A stretch of 64,000 nt of DNA from Candidatus Poribacteria bacterium (GTDB lineage: Bacteria > Poribacteria > WGA-4E > UBA9662): assembly GCA_046582655.1 (NCBI GenBank), contig JAYGDX010000082.1:1-64000 (forward strand), written 5' to 3'. The position numbers and the translations under genes are program-made. The notes below the pieces were generated by a model. The model saw nothing but the letters and a program-made list of their open reading frames with translations. It searched no databases and had not been told where the DNA came from. Every line of letters starts with the position of its first letter. The stretch's first letter is position 1. Of this stretch, positions 20,297-30,212 are shown one piece after another.

Positions 20297-21165
20297 TGCC
20301 TATACAGATTGTCCAGTCGATCGCAGATGCACGGTCGACATGTCGCTTGCAAAACCGTCAGGGAAAAAGCGTTGGGTTGGTACCGACAATGGGATTTCTG
20401 CATGAAGGACATCTAAGCCTGGTTCGGCAAGCAAGATCCGATAATGATTTTGTGGTCGTCAGTGTTTTTGTCAACCCAACGCAATTTTTGCCCTCAGAAG
20501 ACTTTGACACTTATCCCCAGAATTTTGAACAAGATCAGCGGTTGCTTGAAGATGAAGGGGTAGATCTGATATTTTTTCCTTCCACCAAAGAAATGTACTG
20601 TTCTAGCAACTCGACCTTTGTTGAAGTTACCGGTCAGTTAACTACTAATCTCTGTGCGATTTCACGTCCACACTTTTTTCGCGGCGTCGCCACAGTGGTT
20701 GCTAAGCTCTTTAACATTGTTGAACCGGATCGCGCGTATTTTGGTCATAAGGACGCACAACAGTTGGCAATCATACAGCGTATGGTACAGGATCTTAATT
20801 TCGACATTGAGGTTGTGCCGATGCCGATTGTGCGTGATTCTGATGGATTAGCTAAAAGCTCAAGGAATTCTTATCTGAATCCCGATCAACGTAGATCTTC
20901 CACAGTGCTTTTCCGTGCCTTACAACATGCCAAGACGCTGATTACTCAGGGAGAACGTAGTTCTAACCGTATTCTGGCTGAAATGGAGAAGATGATCCAA
21001 GCTACAGAATACACGCGGATTGATTACATCAATATCGTCTGCACAACCAGTTTTGAGCCACAGGAATACATCAATAGCGAAGTTCTAATCGCAATAGCCG
21101 TATGGATCACAAACACGCGATTGATCGACAGTATACGGATTGATCCCGCGAATTTAACGTCGTAG
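20296..21165 (+). CDS. panC: Pantoate--beta-alanine ligase
   Basis: VPTMGFLHEGHLSL, SVFVNPTQF, RPHFFRGVATVVAKLF, FG.KDAQQ, DGLA.SSRN, RLID. ATG at 20296 overlaps the upstream TGA. Confidence 0.95.
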   Translation: MPIQIVQSIADARSTCRLQNRQGKSVGLVPTMGFLHEGHLSLVRQARSDNDFVVVSVFVNPTQFLPSEDFDTYPQNFEQDQRLLEDEGVDLIFFPSTKEMYCSSNSTFVEVTGQLTTNLCAISRPHFFRGVATVVAKLFNIVEPDRAYFGHKDAQQLAIIQRMVQDLNFDIEVVPMPIVRDSDGLAKSSRNSYLNPDQRRSSTVLFRALQHAKTLITQGERSSNRILAEMEKMIQATEYTRIDYINIVCTTSFEPQEYINSEVLIAIAVWITNTRLIDSIRIDPANLTS

Positions 21166-22695
21166 GACACGTCCAGGCAATTTTCCTGTTGTCTCCCCTT
21201 CCGAAATCACCAGTTCACCGTTTACCATAACGTAGTCAATTCCAATAGCTGTTTGTATTGGATCAGCCCAAGTTGCCAGATCTGCCACCGTCTCTGGGTC
21301 AAGCACAACCAGATCAGCACCGAATCCTTCCGCGATCTGGCCTCTGTCTTTCAAGCCAAACCTTTCGGCAGGGAAACCACTCATCTTCCATATAGCTTCT
21401 TCAAGGGGGATAATTTTTCTTTCCCTGACGAATTTTCGTAGTACTTGAGCAAAACATCCATAACCACGCGGATGCGGATGCGGCACTTCGTAAATTCCAT
21501 CACTTGCAATCATCATCTTGGGATGGGCTGCAGTTTGGTTGAGAATCACCTCATTCTCCTGATGTGGGGTCAGCCATGGAAATATAAGTGTTTCTACCCC
21601 ATCCTCTTCAATTATCAGGTCGTAAGCAAATTCTTCAATAGTTTTTCTAACGCTCTTGGCTGCTGACACTAGCGTCATGCCGATATACCGCCCGGACTTG
21701 GTATAACCTATCACCTCATGTCCTGTCATGCCATTTTTCCGTAAGTGTGCGAGTGATTTTGAACGGATACTTTGGTGACGAAGCTTAGCTAGAACTTCTT
21801 GAGGAGCGCCAACCTGAATTTTCATCGGCAGTTGCATGGTAAAATGGGTCATGCCTGCCGGGTAAAGGTATGATTCAAATGTGAGATCGATCCCATCACG
21901 TTCAGCTTGATTCAAAACATCTATTGATATATCATCTACTCTTTCGTGTGAGATATGAACTGGAATCCCTGATCGGCGTGAAAGCTCAAGGGTCTCTTCC
22001 CAAGCCTTTTTTCGGCCCAATATGGAGTATCGGACATGGGCTGCGTAAATCCCACCGTAACCTGAAACAACCTTGCAAAGTTCAACCAGCTCATTCAAGT
22101 CAGCGTTTGCGCTTGGTTGATAATCAAGACCCAGACAGATACCAATAGCACCTGCTTCCATCCATTCGATGGTATATCGCTTCATATCTTCGAGTTCTTG
22201 ATCTGTAGCAACTCGTCCTTCCCATCCCATCACAGCTAGTCTGACAACACAATGCGGTACTTGCGAACACACATTCAGTGGGATTTTTCCTGGAAACATA
22301 TCAATATAATCTTGGGCTGTTTCCCAGTCGAGACTAGGAGCAGTTTCGCCATAACAGAATTGAGTATAATGCCACATTTCCCTAGCTTTCTGCGGACCGA
22401 GACAAGCCCAACCAAAACCATCCGGTGCCAGAAACTGGGTCGTTATTCCCTGTGATACCCCAGCGAGCTGATCCCTTCCGTTTAAAATCGAAATTTCCGA
22501 ATGGACATGAATATCAATAAACCCGGGACTGAGGATTTGTTTCCTTAGCTTGATTGTGTTCTCTGCTTTTGCCCCAGACAAATCACCAACCGCCGTGATT
22601 TTATCCTCCTTAATACCAACATCCGCAACAAATGGTTCGCACTTTTTCGTGCCATCAACAACCGTTCCACCTTGAAAAATGAAGTCAAATTCCAT
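21154..22695 (-). CDS. N-acyl-D-amino-acid deacylase (amidohydrolase family)
   Basis: PGFIDIHVHS, QGITT, YAAHVR, PVHISH, IASDG..HPHPRGYG, G..ADLVVLD, VMVNG, PGRVL. Confidence 0.9.
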   Translation of the reverse strand: MEFDFIFQGGTVVDGTKKCEPFVADVGIKEDKITAVGDLSGAKAENTIKLRKQILSPGFIDIHVHSEISILNGRDQLAGVSQGITTQFLAPDGFGWACLGPQKAREMWHYTQFCYGETAPSLDWETAQDYIDMFPGKIPLNVCSQVPHCVVRLAVMGWEGRVATDQELEDMKRYTIEWMEAGAIGICLGLDYQPSANADLNELVELCKVVSGYGGIYAAHVRYSILGRKKAWEETLELSRRSGIPVHISHERVDDISIDVLNQAERDGIDLTFESYLYPAGMTHFTMQLPMKIQVGAPQEVLAKLRHQSIRSKSLAHLRKNGMTGHEVIGYTKSGRYIGMTLVSAAKSVRKTIEEFAYDLIIEEDGVETLIFPWLTPHQENEVILNQTAAHPKMMIASDGIYEVPHPHPRGYGCFAQVLRKFVRERKIIPLEEAIWKMSGFPAERFGLKDRGQIAEGFGADLVVLDPETVADLATWADPIQTAIGIDYVMVNGELVISEGETTGKLPGRVLRR

Positions 22696-22871
22696 CCAAG
22701 TTCCTTTCCATTTTTATGTTTTATGTGTTAATGTTAAACACCTAGTACCACGAAGATTACAATATTGGTGAAATTTCCTGTATAATGCTAATTGCTAAGG
22801 ATGTTGAGTGATCAGATCTATATCTAACTGACAACAGAAAACCTAAGCGGATCTTCCTTGAAATTCCTGCC

Positions 22872-23384
22872 TTGAAAATCCAAATTCCAGAAATTACTAT
22901 TGAGGTTACTTCAATGATTGAAGATGATATCTCCGCCGTCCTTCAGATTGAACACCAATCTTTTATTTCGCCTTGGAGTGAACGCACCTTCTGTGAGGGT
23001 ATCAGTGGCAAGTATCCACATGCGCATTTCTTGGTAGGCAAACATCAAGGCAATCCAATTTCCTATATTAATTTCATGGTAGTAGACGGAGATTGTCATA
23101 TCACAAACTTAGCGGTTTCTCCGGATTTTCGCCGGCTCGGAGTGGCTAAGTATATGTTAGCAAAATCGCTAGATCAAATGAAAATATTAGGTGGAAGAAA
23201 AGTTTTTTTGGAAGTCAGAGCAAGTAATATTGCTGCGCAAAAACTGTATCGAGAATTTGGATTTCGTATCAACAACATTCGTAAGAAATATTATTCTGAT
23301 AACGGCGAGGATGCCTATATACTCTGGATTCGAGACATTCAGGAAATTAGTTTGAAATACGCTAGAAAGAAATCACAGGGTTAG
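22872..23384 (+). CDS. rimI: Ribosomal protein S18 alanine N-acetyltransferase
   Basis: IE..SF.SPWS, HITNLAV.P.FRR.G, LEVRASN..AQ.LY..FGF, RKKYYSDNGEDA. Confidence 0.9.
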   Translation: MKIQIPEITIEVTSMIEDDISAVLQIEHQSFISPWSERTFCEGISGKYPHAHFLVGKHQGNPISYINFMVVDGDCHITNLAVSPDFRRLGVAKYMLAKSLDQMKILGGRKVFLEVRASNIAAQKLYREFGFRINNIRKKYYSDNGEDAYILWIRDIQEISLKYARKKSQG

Positions 23385-24895
23385 AAAGCCACCCTGAGAA
23401 TACTCAGTGGTACATTTCGAGAAACGGATTTCCTGTCACGTTCTATAACAGCGTAATAAATCAGCTCCCAGGGCGAAGTTATCGACACTTTTGGAGAGTA
23501 GACTTTACTTCCAATGTTGAATGAGAATTCTTCTCCCCAGTTTTGTGTCAGTCGATTGGCAATCCAAAAACCAGCAGCGGATCCTCCAATAATACTCGTG
23601 ACAAACGCTCTACTTCCGATATCAGAATCCTCTGGCTCAATAAGTTGAAGCAACATAGATCCGACCAGTGCGCCCACGCCACCACCTAATGTAACTAATC
23701 GGCCCCGACCCACTGAGTAATTATTTCCATCCGTCACTCTGTCACTAAAATAGGCACCAGTGGCCAAACCAACGGATGCCAACAGGAGGTGACCTTGTTC
23801 GTATTCTTCTCCGACTATAGCATGGAAGATACCTGCACCATACAATGCGCCAGTTGCGCCACCCAGCGAAATCATGAGTGCTTGGCCTTGACTGATATTT
23901 CGATTCTCCATGTAACGGGAAGTAAACCAAACGCCTAGTGGAACGCCAACCATCCAGGAGGATGCATAGACTCTGGCACGATTCCAGTTTGTTTCGCTTA
24001 CCTCATATGGGCACTCTACCAACCTCCCCCTATCCGTCTCCAGGTCCCATTGGCCATCACACACTTCCAACCTCATTTCTGTGTCATTCCAGAGCTTCCC
24101 CATCAGGATGTATGGTAGAGCAAGACCATAAAGTCCTCCAGCCATACCACCGTTAATCAACATATTGCTCTCCCCTTTTTCAATCCAGTGGTGCTGACTT
24201 AGCTTGTAGATTGTATATGCACCAATAGGAGCAGCTACCATAGCGGATACCAAATAAGTCTTCTCGTTTCCAGACTCAAAGAATTTAGGTAAAGTATAAC
24301 CATACATTATTCCACCATATGCCCCCCAACGCAGTAGACGTGATCGACCATAGCCAAGATCATAAGTCCGTGTCATAGCCAGGGATCCCACAAAGGATGT
24401 AGCAGGAATCACCATGCCTAGTGCAATTGCAGATTTCCCCTTAGCTCCCAACAATCTTATAGCTCCAAAGGTATAAAGAGAACTGCCGATGGCAGTGCTA
24501 GCAGCGACAGTCCAATAGCGTCCCTGCTGTTGTTTTTTCGTTAGGGACCATTTCTCTTCGGTGCTTTCAGCAATCTTCTCATCAACAGCCACAATTTTTT
24601 GACGGTAGATTTCAAACTGCTCGACCGAAATGTTCCGCTCCTCCCTCATACGTTTACCCGAGACTTCGTTGGTAATTTCAAGACGATATTGATTTCCAAT
24701 TTTCAAAAATTCAGCCCGAAGAAAACCTCTATGTTCAGGGAACAGATTATACTTTTTGTTTTCCGTTCGATCAATTTCTATACCAACCAAACTTGAGATT
24801 TCAATAATCTCTTTGACTTCAGCCATAGTCAAACTAATTGCAATTCCAATAAATAAGAATGGTATCAATCCCAAACTTTGAATCCAATTTTGCAT
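23381..24895 (-). CDS. Hypothetical secreted/membrane protein with repeated glycine-rich hydrophobic hairpins
   Basis: Signal-like N-terminus; repeated G.GR..L...GG..G..YG units; C-terminal ILRVAF. Confidence 0.7.
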   Translation of the reverse strand: MQNWIQSLGLIPFLFIGIAISLTMAEVKEIIEISSLVGIEIDRTENKKYNLFPEHRGFLRAEFLKIGNQYRLEITNEVSGKRMREERNISVEQFEIYRQKIVAVDEKIAESTEEKWSLTKKQQQGRYWTVAASTAIGSSLYTFGAIRLLGAKGKSAIALGMVIPATSFVGSLAMTRTYDLGYGRSRLLRWGAYGGIMYGYTLPKFFESGNEKTYLVSAMVAAPIGAYTIYKLSQHHWIEKGESNMLINGGMAGGLYGLALPYILMGKLWNDTEMRLEVCDGQWDLETDRGRLVECPYEVSETNWNRARVYASSWMVGVPLGVWFTSRYMENRNISQGQALMISLGGATGALYGAGIFHAIVGEEYEQGHLLLASVGLATGAYFSDRVTDGNNYSVGRGRLVTLGGGVGALVGSMLLQLIEPEDSDIGSRAFVTSIIGGSAAGFWIANRLTQNWGEEFSFNIGSKVYSPKVSITSPWELIYYAVIERDRKSVSRNVPLSILRVAF

Positions 24896-24982
24896 GTCCT
24901 TCGAATCCTGTTCCTACCTGCTGAGTAGCCACTTGATGTTATCCAGTGCGCGAGTTTAAAAACAGCAAATTACATGGTCAAT

Positions 24983-25651
24983 CTATAATTTAGCGTAAAC
25001 AGCCCTGTAGATCGGAAGTCCCTGCTTCCTGTACTTGATTTCGAAACTAGTCGGAATGTAATTAGTTTCAGTAGATTTGTCAGGATGATACTCAAAACTC
25101 GGGTGGCAATCAAACAACTCCCGGATTTCCCAAAAATATGTTTTGTAATCTGTAGCAATATAGATTTCACCTAACTTGTTATTGAGTGTACGAACCAATT
25201 CACTGATCCAAATTGAATTATTGAAAATGCGGCGTTTCCGATGCCGTTTTTTCGGCCAAGGATCAGGAAAATAAATATGAAAAGCACTAACGCTTTGATC
25301 TGCCACACATCTGAACAGAAAATATGGTGCGTCACAATAAACAAGTCGAGCTGTTGTAATATTATGTTTAGCTAATCGCTCACATGACTTCTCGAAATAC
25401 TTGGATGCCCGCTCAATCCCAACATAATTAATGTCAGGATTTCTTTGCGCCGACTCTTTTAAGAACCGCCCTTTACCCGATCCAACTTCAATTTCCACCA
25501 ACCGATCATTACCAAACACTTCTTGCCAGTTGAGCGGAGAGTCTAACGTTTTCAATTCGAGGGATATTTGGTTTGTTGGGTTAACTAACATTGGGTTAGC
25601 AAACAATTGCCAGTAACGATCGAATGTTGATTTATCTATATCACTCGCCAT
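24983..25651 (-). CDS. trmB: tRNA (guanine-N7)-methyltransferase
   Basis: EIEVGSGKGRF, YVGIE, FPDPWPKKRH.KRR, ATDY..Y and T.FE.KY motifs. Confidence 0.92.
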   Translation of the reverse strand: MASDIDKSTFDRYWQLFANPMLVNPTNQISLELKTLDSPLNWQEVFGNDRLVEIEVGSGKGRFLKESAQRNPDINYVGIERASKYFEKSCERLAKHNITTARLVYCDAPYFLFRCVADQSVSAFHIYFPDPWPKKRHRKRRIFNNSIWISELVRTLNNKLGEIYIATDYKTYFWEIRELFDCHPSFEYHPDKSTETNYIPTSFEIKYRKQGLPIYRAVYAKL

Positions 25652-25714
25652 TTTTGAACAATATTTCACGAAAACGTATTATATAAATTCAAATATTGTC
25701 GGAATTTGAATACT

Positions 25715-25743
25715 TTGACGGCATTTTTGCCATATGGTATCAT
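25715..25743 (+). promoter_or_regulatory. Putative sigma70 promoter TTGACG-N17-TATCAT (extended -10)
   Basis: Near-consensus hexamers with a 17-bp spacer upstream of the YmdB-dxs run. Confidence 0.55.
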
Positions 25744-25942
25744 TATACAGGTTGCATACACTTTTATGATTATATCATGTTCTACCCCATGTCGCATCAT
25801 TATGGATTAATGTCCGTATTGATTTCGTCTGCCATGCCAAATTTCCCATTTACTAAATGCTGGTTTGGAATTTCGTAAGCCAATTGATATATGTAAGACC
25901 TCTTAAGTTGGATAAGTCAGATCAAGGAAGCTGAGGTAAATA

Positions 25943-26725
25943 TTGAAGGTATTATTCATTGGTGATGTTTTCGGTAAACCAGGACGTCAAGCGGTTTCTG
26001 AGCTTCTCCCACTGCTTATTAACAAGTACGGACCTTTTGAAGCAATCATTGCAAACGGTGAAAATGCCGCCGGGGGGAAGGGCATTACAAAACCTATTGT
26101 TAAAGAGTTTTGGGAACTGGGTATTAGTGTCATAACTACCGGAAATCATGTTTGGGCACAGCGAGAGATATTCGGCTTCATAGATAATGAATTAGGGTTG
26201 CTGAGACCTGCGAATTATCCGCCCGACACGCCAGGTCAAGGCTGGGTAATCATCAATACGAGATCTGAAATGAAATTATGCGTGATTAATATAGCAGGCC
26301 AAATTTTTTTGGATAATTTTAGCAATCCTTTTCGCTGCCTTGATGAAATTTTAAAAGAGGTGTCTGATCAGACGGAACATATTATTCTTGACTTTCACGC
26401 GGAAGCCACTTCCGAGAAAGTAGCCATGGGATGGTACGCCGATGGGCGCGTTAGCGCTGTCATTGGGACACATACGCATATTCAGACCGCAGATGATCGT
26501 ATATTGCATCAGGGAACCGCTTATATTACTGATGTTGGGATGACAGGTCCATATGATTCAGTAATTGGGACTAATAAGAAAGAGGTCCTCTACCGGTTTA
26601 CTACCATGCTGCCAGTCCGATACAAAGTAGCACAAGAAGAGGTTGCTCTTTGTGGTGTTGCGCTTGATTTGGATGATCAGAGCGGGAATGCTAAGTCGAT
26701 CGAACGAATCCAGGTTCCTCTCTAA
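25943..26725 (+). CDS. ymdB: YmdB-like TIGR00282 metallophosphoesterase
   Basis: IGDVFGKPGR, NGENAAGG.GIT, TTGNH, RPANYP, DFHAEATSEK, GTHTHIQTAD, TDVGMTGP. Confidence 0.93.
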   Translation: MKVLFIGDVFGKPGRQAVSELLPLLINKYGPFEAIIANGENAAGGKGITKPIVKEFWELGISVITTGNHVWAQREIFGFIDNELGLLRPANYPPDTPGQGWVIINTRSEMKLCVINIAGQIFLDNFSNPFRCLDEILKEVSDQTEHIILDFHAEATSEKVAMGWYADGRVSAVIGTHTHIQTADDRILHQGTAYITDVGMTGPYDSVIGTNKKEVLYRFTTMLPVRYKVAQEEVALCGVALDLDDQSGNAKSIERIQVPL

Positions 26726-26796
26726 AAAGAGAGTCTAATTATTATATGAATTTCGAGGTTGAATTAATTTCGATGAAAAAGTTTAATTGAACCAAG

Positions 26797-28650
26797 ATGT
26801 TTCTAGAAAAAATCAGTAGTCCAAAGGATCTTCGGTCTTTGCGCAATCATCAGCTGAAAGTACTTGCGGATGAAATACGCCAGCATATGGTTTCAGTCTT
26901 GTCTCAGACACCAGGACACTTCGCACCAAACTTTGGCACGATTGAACTTACAATTGCGCTTCATAAAGTTTTCAATACGCCATCAGATAAATTAGTGTGG
27001 GATATCGGACATCAAGCATACCCACACAAAATTTTGACTGGGCGCCGGGATCATCTTAAAACAGTTCGCCAGTATGATGGGATCAGCGGATTCCTAGCAC
27101 GCGAAGAGAGTGAGTACGATGTTTTTGGCGCGGGACACTCAAGTACATCAATTGCTGCGGCTCTAGGTATTGCAAGTGCGCGTGATTTGAAGGACGAAAA
27201 CTTCAAGGTACTTGCTGTTATTGGTGATGGTGGTTTAACTGGTGGCATGGCGTTTGAAGCCATGAATGCCGCAGGTGATTTTCGAAAGGACATGGTTATT
27301 GTTCTTAACGACAACCAGATGTCCATTTCCAAGACTGTTGGCGCATTCTGCAAGTATTTCAATCGAATTATCACCAATCCTACTTACAATACACTGAGAT
27401 CGACAGTAAAAGAATTCCTGCATCTTTTGCCTTCGGACGCAAAGCTGGCAATCCAACGGATCGAATCTGCGCTCAAACCGGGAATGCTGTTTGAGGAGTT
27501 TGGATTTCGTTATTTTGGACCGTTAGACGGTCACGATCTAGATCAATTAATAGACGTTTTTAAAAACGTCAAAAGGTTTAATACTCCAATACTTGTTCAT
27601 GTTTTGACGACGAAAGGCAAGGGTTTCTCCTATGCTGAAAAGGACCCGGAAGAGTTCTATGCGGTCAGCACACAATTCGATCCCCAAACCGGAAAACCCT
27701 TTATCGCTCAGCCATCGACACCAACATACACCGATGTTTTTAGCCGTACACTGATCAACCTTGCTGAAAAGGATTCACGCATAGTTGGTATTACAGCGGC
27801 TATGGCGGGGGGAACGGGATTAGATAAATTTAGGGAAAAATTTCCTGATCGTTTTTTTGACGTTGGTTTAGCAGAACAATGCGCAGTGACTTACGGAGCT
27901 GGACTTGCCACTGAAGGAATAAAACCTGTGGTTGCAATCTATTCGACATTTCTACAGCGTGCTTACGACCAGGTATTACATGACGTTTGCATTCAGAACC
28001 TACCTGTCATTTTCTCATTGGATAGAGCGGGACTTGTTGGTGCTGATGGCCCAACACATCATGGTGTTTTTGACTTTGCATATTTGCGATCTATCCCAAA
28101 TATAATTGTTATGGCTCCCAAAGATGAAAACGAACTCCAACATATGGTTAAGACCGCAGTCAACTATGAAAAAGGGCCAATTGCGTTCCGTTACCCACGT
28201 GGAGCAGGGGTCGGAGTCCCATTAGATGAAGTGCTTGAATCACTACCAATAGGTAAAGCAGAAGTGCTTTTGGAAGGTGACGATTTGTTAGTTGTAGCAG
28301 TTGGCAACAGAGTTCACCCCGCGCTTGAAGCGGCCGCTGTTCTGTCCGATTCGGGAATCTCAGCTACGATAATTAACGCTCGATTTATAAAGCCACTCGA
28401 CAAAGAGCTAATTTGTTCCTATGCAGACCAGATTGGTCGCGTTATCACTGTTGAAGATCATACCCTGGATGGTGGGTTCGGTTCAGCTGTCCTTGAAACA
28501 CTATCAACACATGGAATTCTGGCGAGAGTCAAACGTCTTGGGATTCCAAACAGATTTGTTCAACATGGCGATGTGAAAACGTTGTATAACCTCTGTGGCT
28601 ATGATGAAGAAGCCATCATCAATGCAGGAGTTAAAATTTGTGAAAAGTGA
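26797..28650 (+). CDS. dxs: 1-deoxy-D-xylulose-5-phosphate synthase
   Basis: WDIGHQAYPHKILTGR, GHSSTSI, GDGGLTGGMAFEA.N, LNDN.MSIS, DVGLAEQ, IYSTFLQRAYDQ, DGPTHHG. Confidence 0.97.
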   Translation: MFLEKISSPKDLRSLRNHQLKVLADEIRQHMVSVLSQTPGHFAPNFGTIELTIALHKVFNTPSDKLVWDIGHQAYPHKILTGRRDHLKTVRQYDGISGFLAREESEYDVFGAGHSSTSIAAALGIASARDLKDENFKVLAVIGDGGLTGGMAFEAMNAAGDFRKDMVIVLNDNQMSISKTVGAFCKYFNRIITNPTYNTLRSTVKEFLHLLPSDAKLAIQRIESALKPGMLFEEFGFRYFGPLDGHDLDQLIDVFKNVKRFNTPILVHVLTTKGKGFSYAEKDPEEFYAVSTQFDPQTGKPFIAQPSTPTYTDVFSRTLINLAEKDSRIVGITAAMAGGTGLDKFREKFPDRFFDVGLAEQCAVTYGAGLATEGIKPVVAIYSTFLQRAYDQVLHDVCIQNLPVIFSLDRAGLVGADGPTHHGVFDFAYLRSIPNIIVMAPKDENELQHMVKTAVNYEKGPIAFRYPRGAGVGVPLDEVLESLPIGKAEVLLEGDDLLVVAVGNRVHPALEAAAVLSDSGISATIINARFIKPLDKELICSYADQIGRVITVEDHTLDGGFGSAVLETLSTHGILARVKRLGIPNRFVQHGDVKTLYNLCGYDEEAIINAGVKICEK

Positions 28651-28661
28651 GGCAAAATACC

Positions 28662-29429
28662 ATGGCTGAGTCTCAAATTGCAGCGCAACTTTATACGTTA
28701 CGTGATTTCATCCAGACACCGGATGATATTGCAAAGACGATGAAAAGGGTAAAAGAAATTGGTTATGATGCTGTACAATGCTCGGCACTAGGACCAATTT
28801 CCCCCGAAGAACTAAAACAAATTGTCAATGGAGAAGGGTTAAAAATATGTGCCACGCATTCGAGTTACCACCGCATGCGTGATGAACCACAGGCTGTTAT
28901 TGACGAACATCAACTTTGGGAATGTAAACATGCGGCTATTGGCGGATTACCTGCCGAATATCGTACTGGGGTAGAAGGATATACTGGATTTGCTCGGGAA
29001 GCTTCAGTAGTGGCAAAACGCCTGGCAGCAGGAGGCTTAGTCTTTTCCTACCACAATCATAGCTTTGAGCTGGAGAAATTCGGTGATCGCATAGCATTGA
29101 AAATTCTGTATGAGGATAGCGATCCTGAATATTTTCATAGTGAAATAGATACATACTGGATTGCTCACGGTGGGGGTGATCCGGCAGAATGGATTCGGAG
29201 CCTGAAAGGTCGTGCTTCCATTGTCCATTTCAAAGATATGACGATGAAGGGAAACACACAAATTATGGCTGAGGTTGGTGAAGGAAACCTGAATTGGCCT
29301 GCGATTATTTCTGCCTGCAAACAAGCTGGTACTGAATGGTATATCATCGAACAGGATACCTGCCAACGCAATCCGTTTGACAGCCTCGCAATCAGTTTTA
29401 ATAATTTGAGACAGATGGGTATCCGTTAA
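28662..29429 (+). CDS. Sugar phosphate isomerase/epimerase (xylose-isomerase-like TIM barrel)
   Basis: QLYTLRD, YHNH.FE, EIDTYW...GG.DP, HFKD, EVGEGNLNW and IIEQD motifs. Confidence 0.9.
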   Translation: MAESQIAAQLYTLRDFIQTPDDIAKTMKRVKEIGYDAVQCSALGPISPEELKQIVNGEGLKICATHSSYHRMRDEPQAVIDEHQLWECKHAAIGGLPAEYRTGVEGYTGFAREASVVAKRLAAGGLVFSYHNHSFELEKFGDRIALKILYEDSDPEYFHSEIDTYWIAHGGGDPAEWIRSLKGRASIVHFKDMTMKGNTQIMAEVGEGNLNWPAIISACKQAGTEWYIIEQDTCQRNPFDSLAISFNNLRQMGIR

Positions 29430-29507
29430 GCTTGTGTATGTGTAGAGGTACTTTCAACAATTCGATATACTTTGAAAATATCAGTAACATCAGTGGGGAT
29501 AGGTTCC

Positions 29508-30212
29508 ATGGTAAAGCTGTCTGTTATCATTCCCGCTTTCAACGAAGATCGGACGATTCGCAATGTCGTTCAGGCTGTTAGAACCTCAGTCCAAATTGAA
29601 AAAGAGATTATCATTGTTAACGATGGGTCTACCGACCGAACCTTCGAAATTCTTGAGGACTTGCGTAGAGATCCGGAAATTAAAGTCATCCATCAACAGC
29701 AGAATCGTGGCAAGGGCTACGCCATACGCCTTGGACTTTCACAAGCTGCTGGTGAATATGTCGTCATCCAAGATGCCGACATGGAAGTTGATCCATCGGA
29801 CTTACCTGCCATCCTAAAACCCTTACTGGATAAATCAAGCCAGATCGTTTATGGATCTCGTTTTATTAACGGTCGAAATAATTCCACATTAGTGAGTTAC
29901 ATTGCGAATTATTTGCTGGCTCATCTCGTAAACCTACTCTATAACACGCGGATTACGGACGAATCTACCGGCTACAAAGCCTTTACGTCTAGTCTAATCA
30001 AAAGTGTAGATCTACAATGCGAGGGTTTTGAGTTTTGTGCTGAGGTAACAGCAAAGGTTCTTCAGATGCAACATCATATTCATGAAGTTCCAATCTCCTA
30101 TTTCCCACGCAAGAAAAATGAGGGTAAAAAACTTCGCTTTTGGCGAGATGGATTGACAGCCGTCTGGATATTGATCAAATATCGCTTTAAAAGAACACAC
30201 TACAATGAGTAA
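29508..30212 (+). CDS. Glycosyltransferase family 2 (DPM-synthase-like)
   Basis: SVIIPAFNE, VNDGSTD, N.GKG.A, QDAD.E, VYGSRF and EVPISY.PR motifs. Confidence 0.92.
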   Translation: MVKLSVIIPAFNEDRTIRNVVQAVRTSVQIEKEIIIVNDGSTDRTFEILEDLRRDPEIKVIHQQQNRGKGYAIRLGLSQAAGEYVVIQDADMEVDPSDLPAILKPLLDKSSQIVYGSRFINGRNNSTLVSYIANYLLAHLVNLLYNTRITDESTGYKAFTSSLIKSVDLQCEGFEFCAEVTAKVLQMQHHIHEVPISYFPRKKNEGKKLRFWRDGLTAVWILIKYRFKRTHYNE

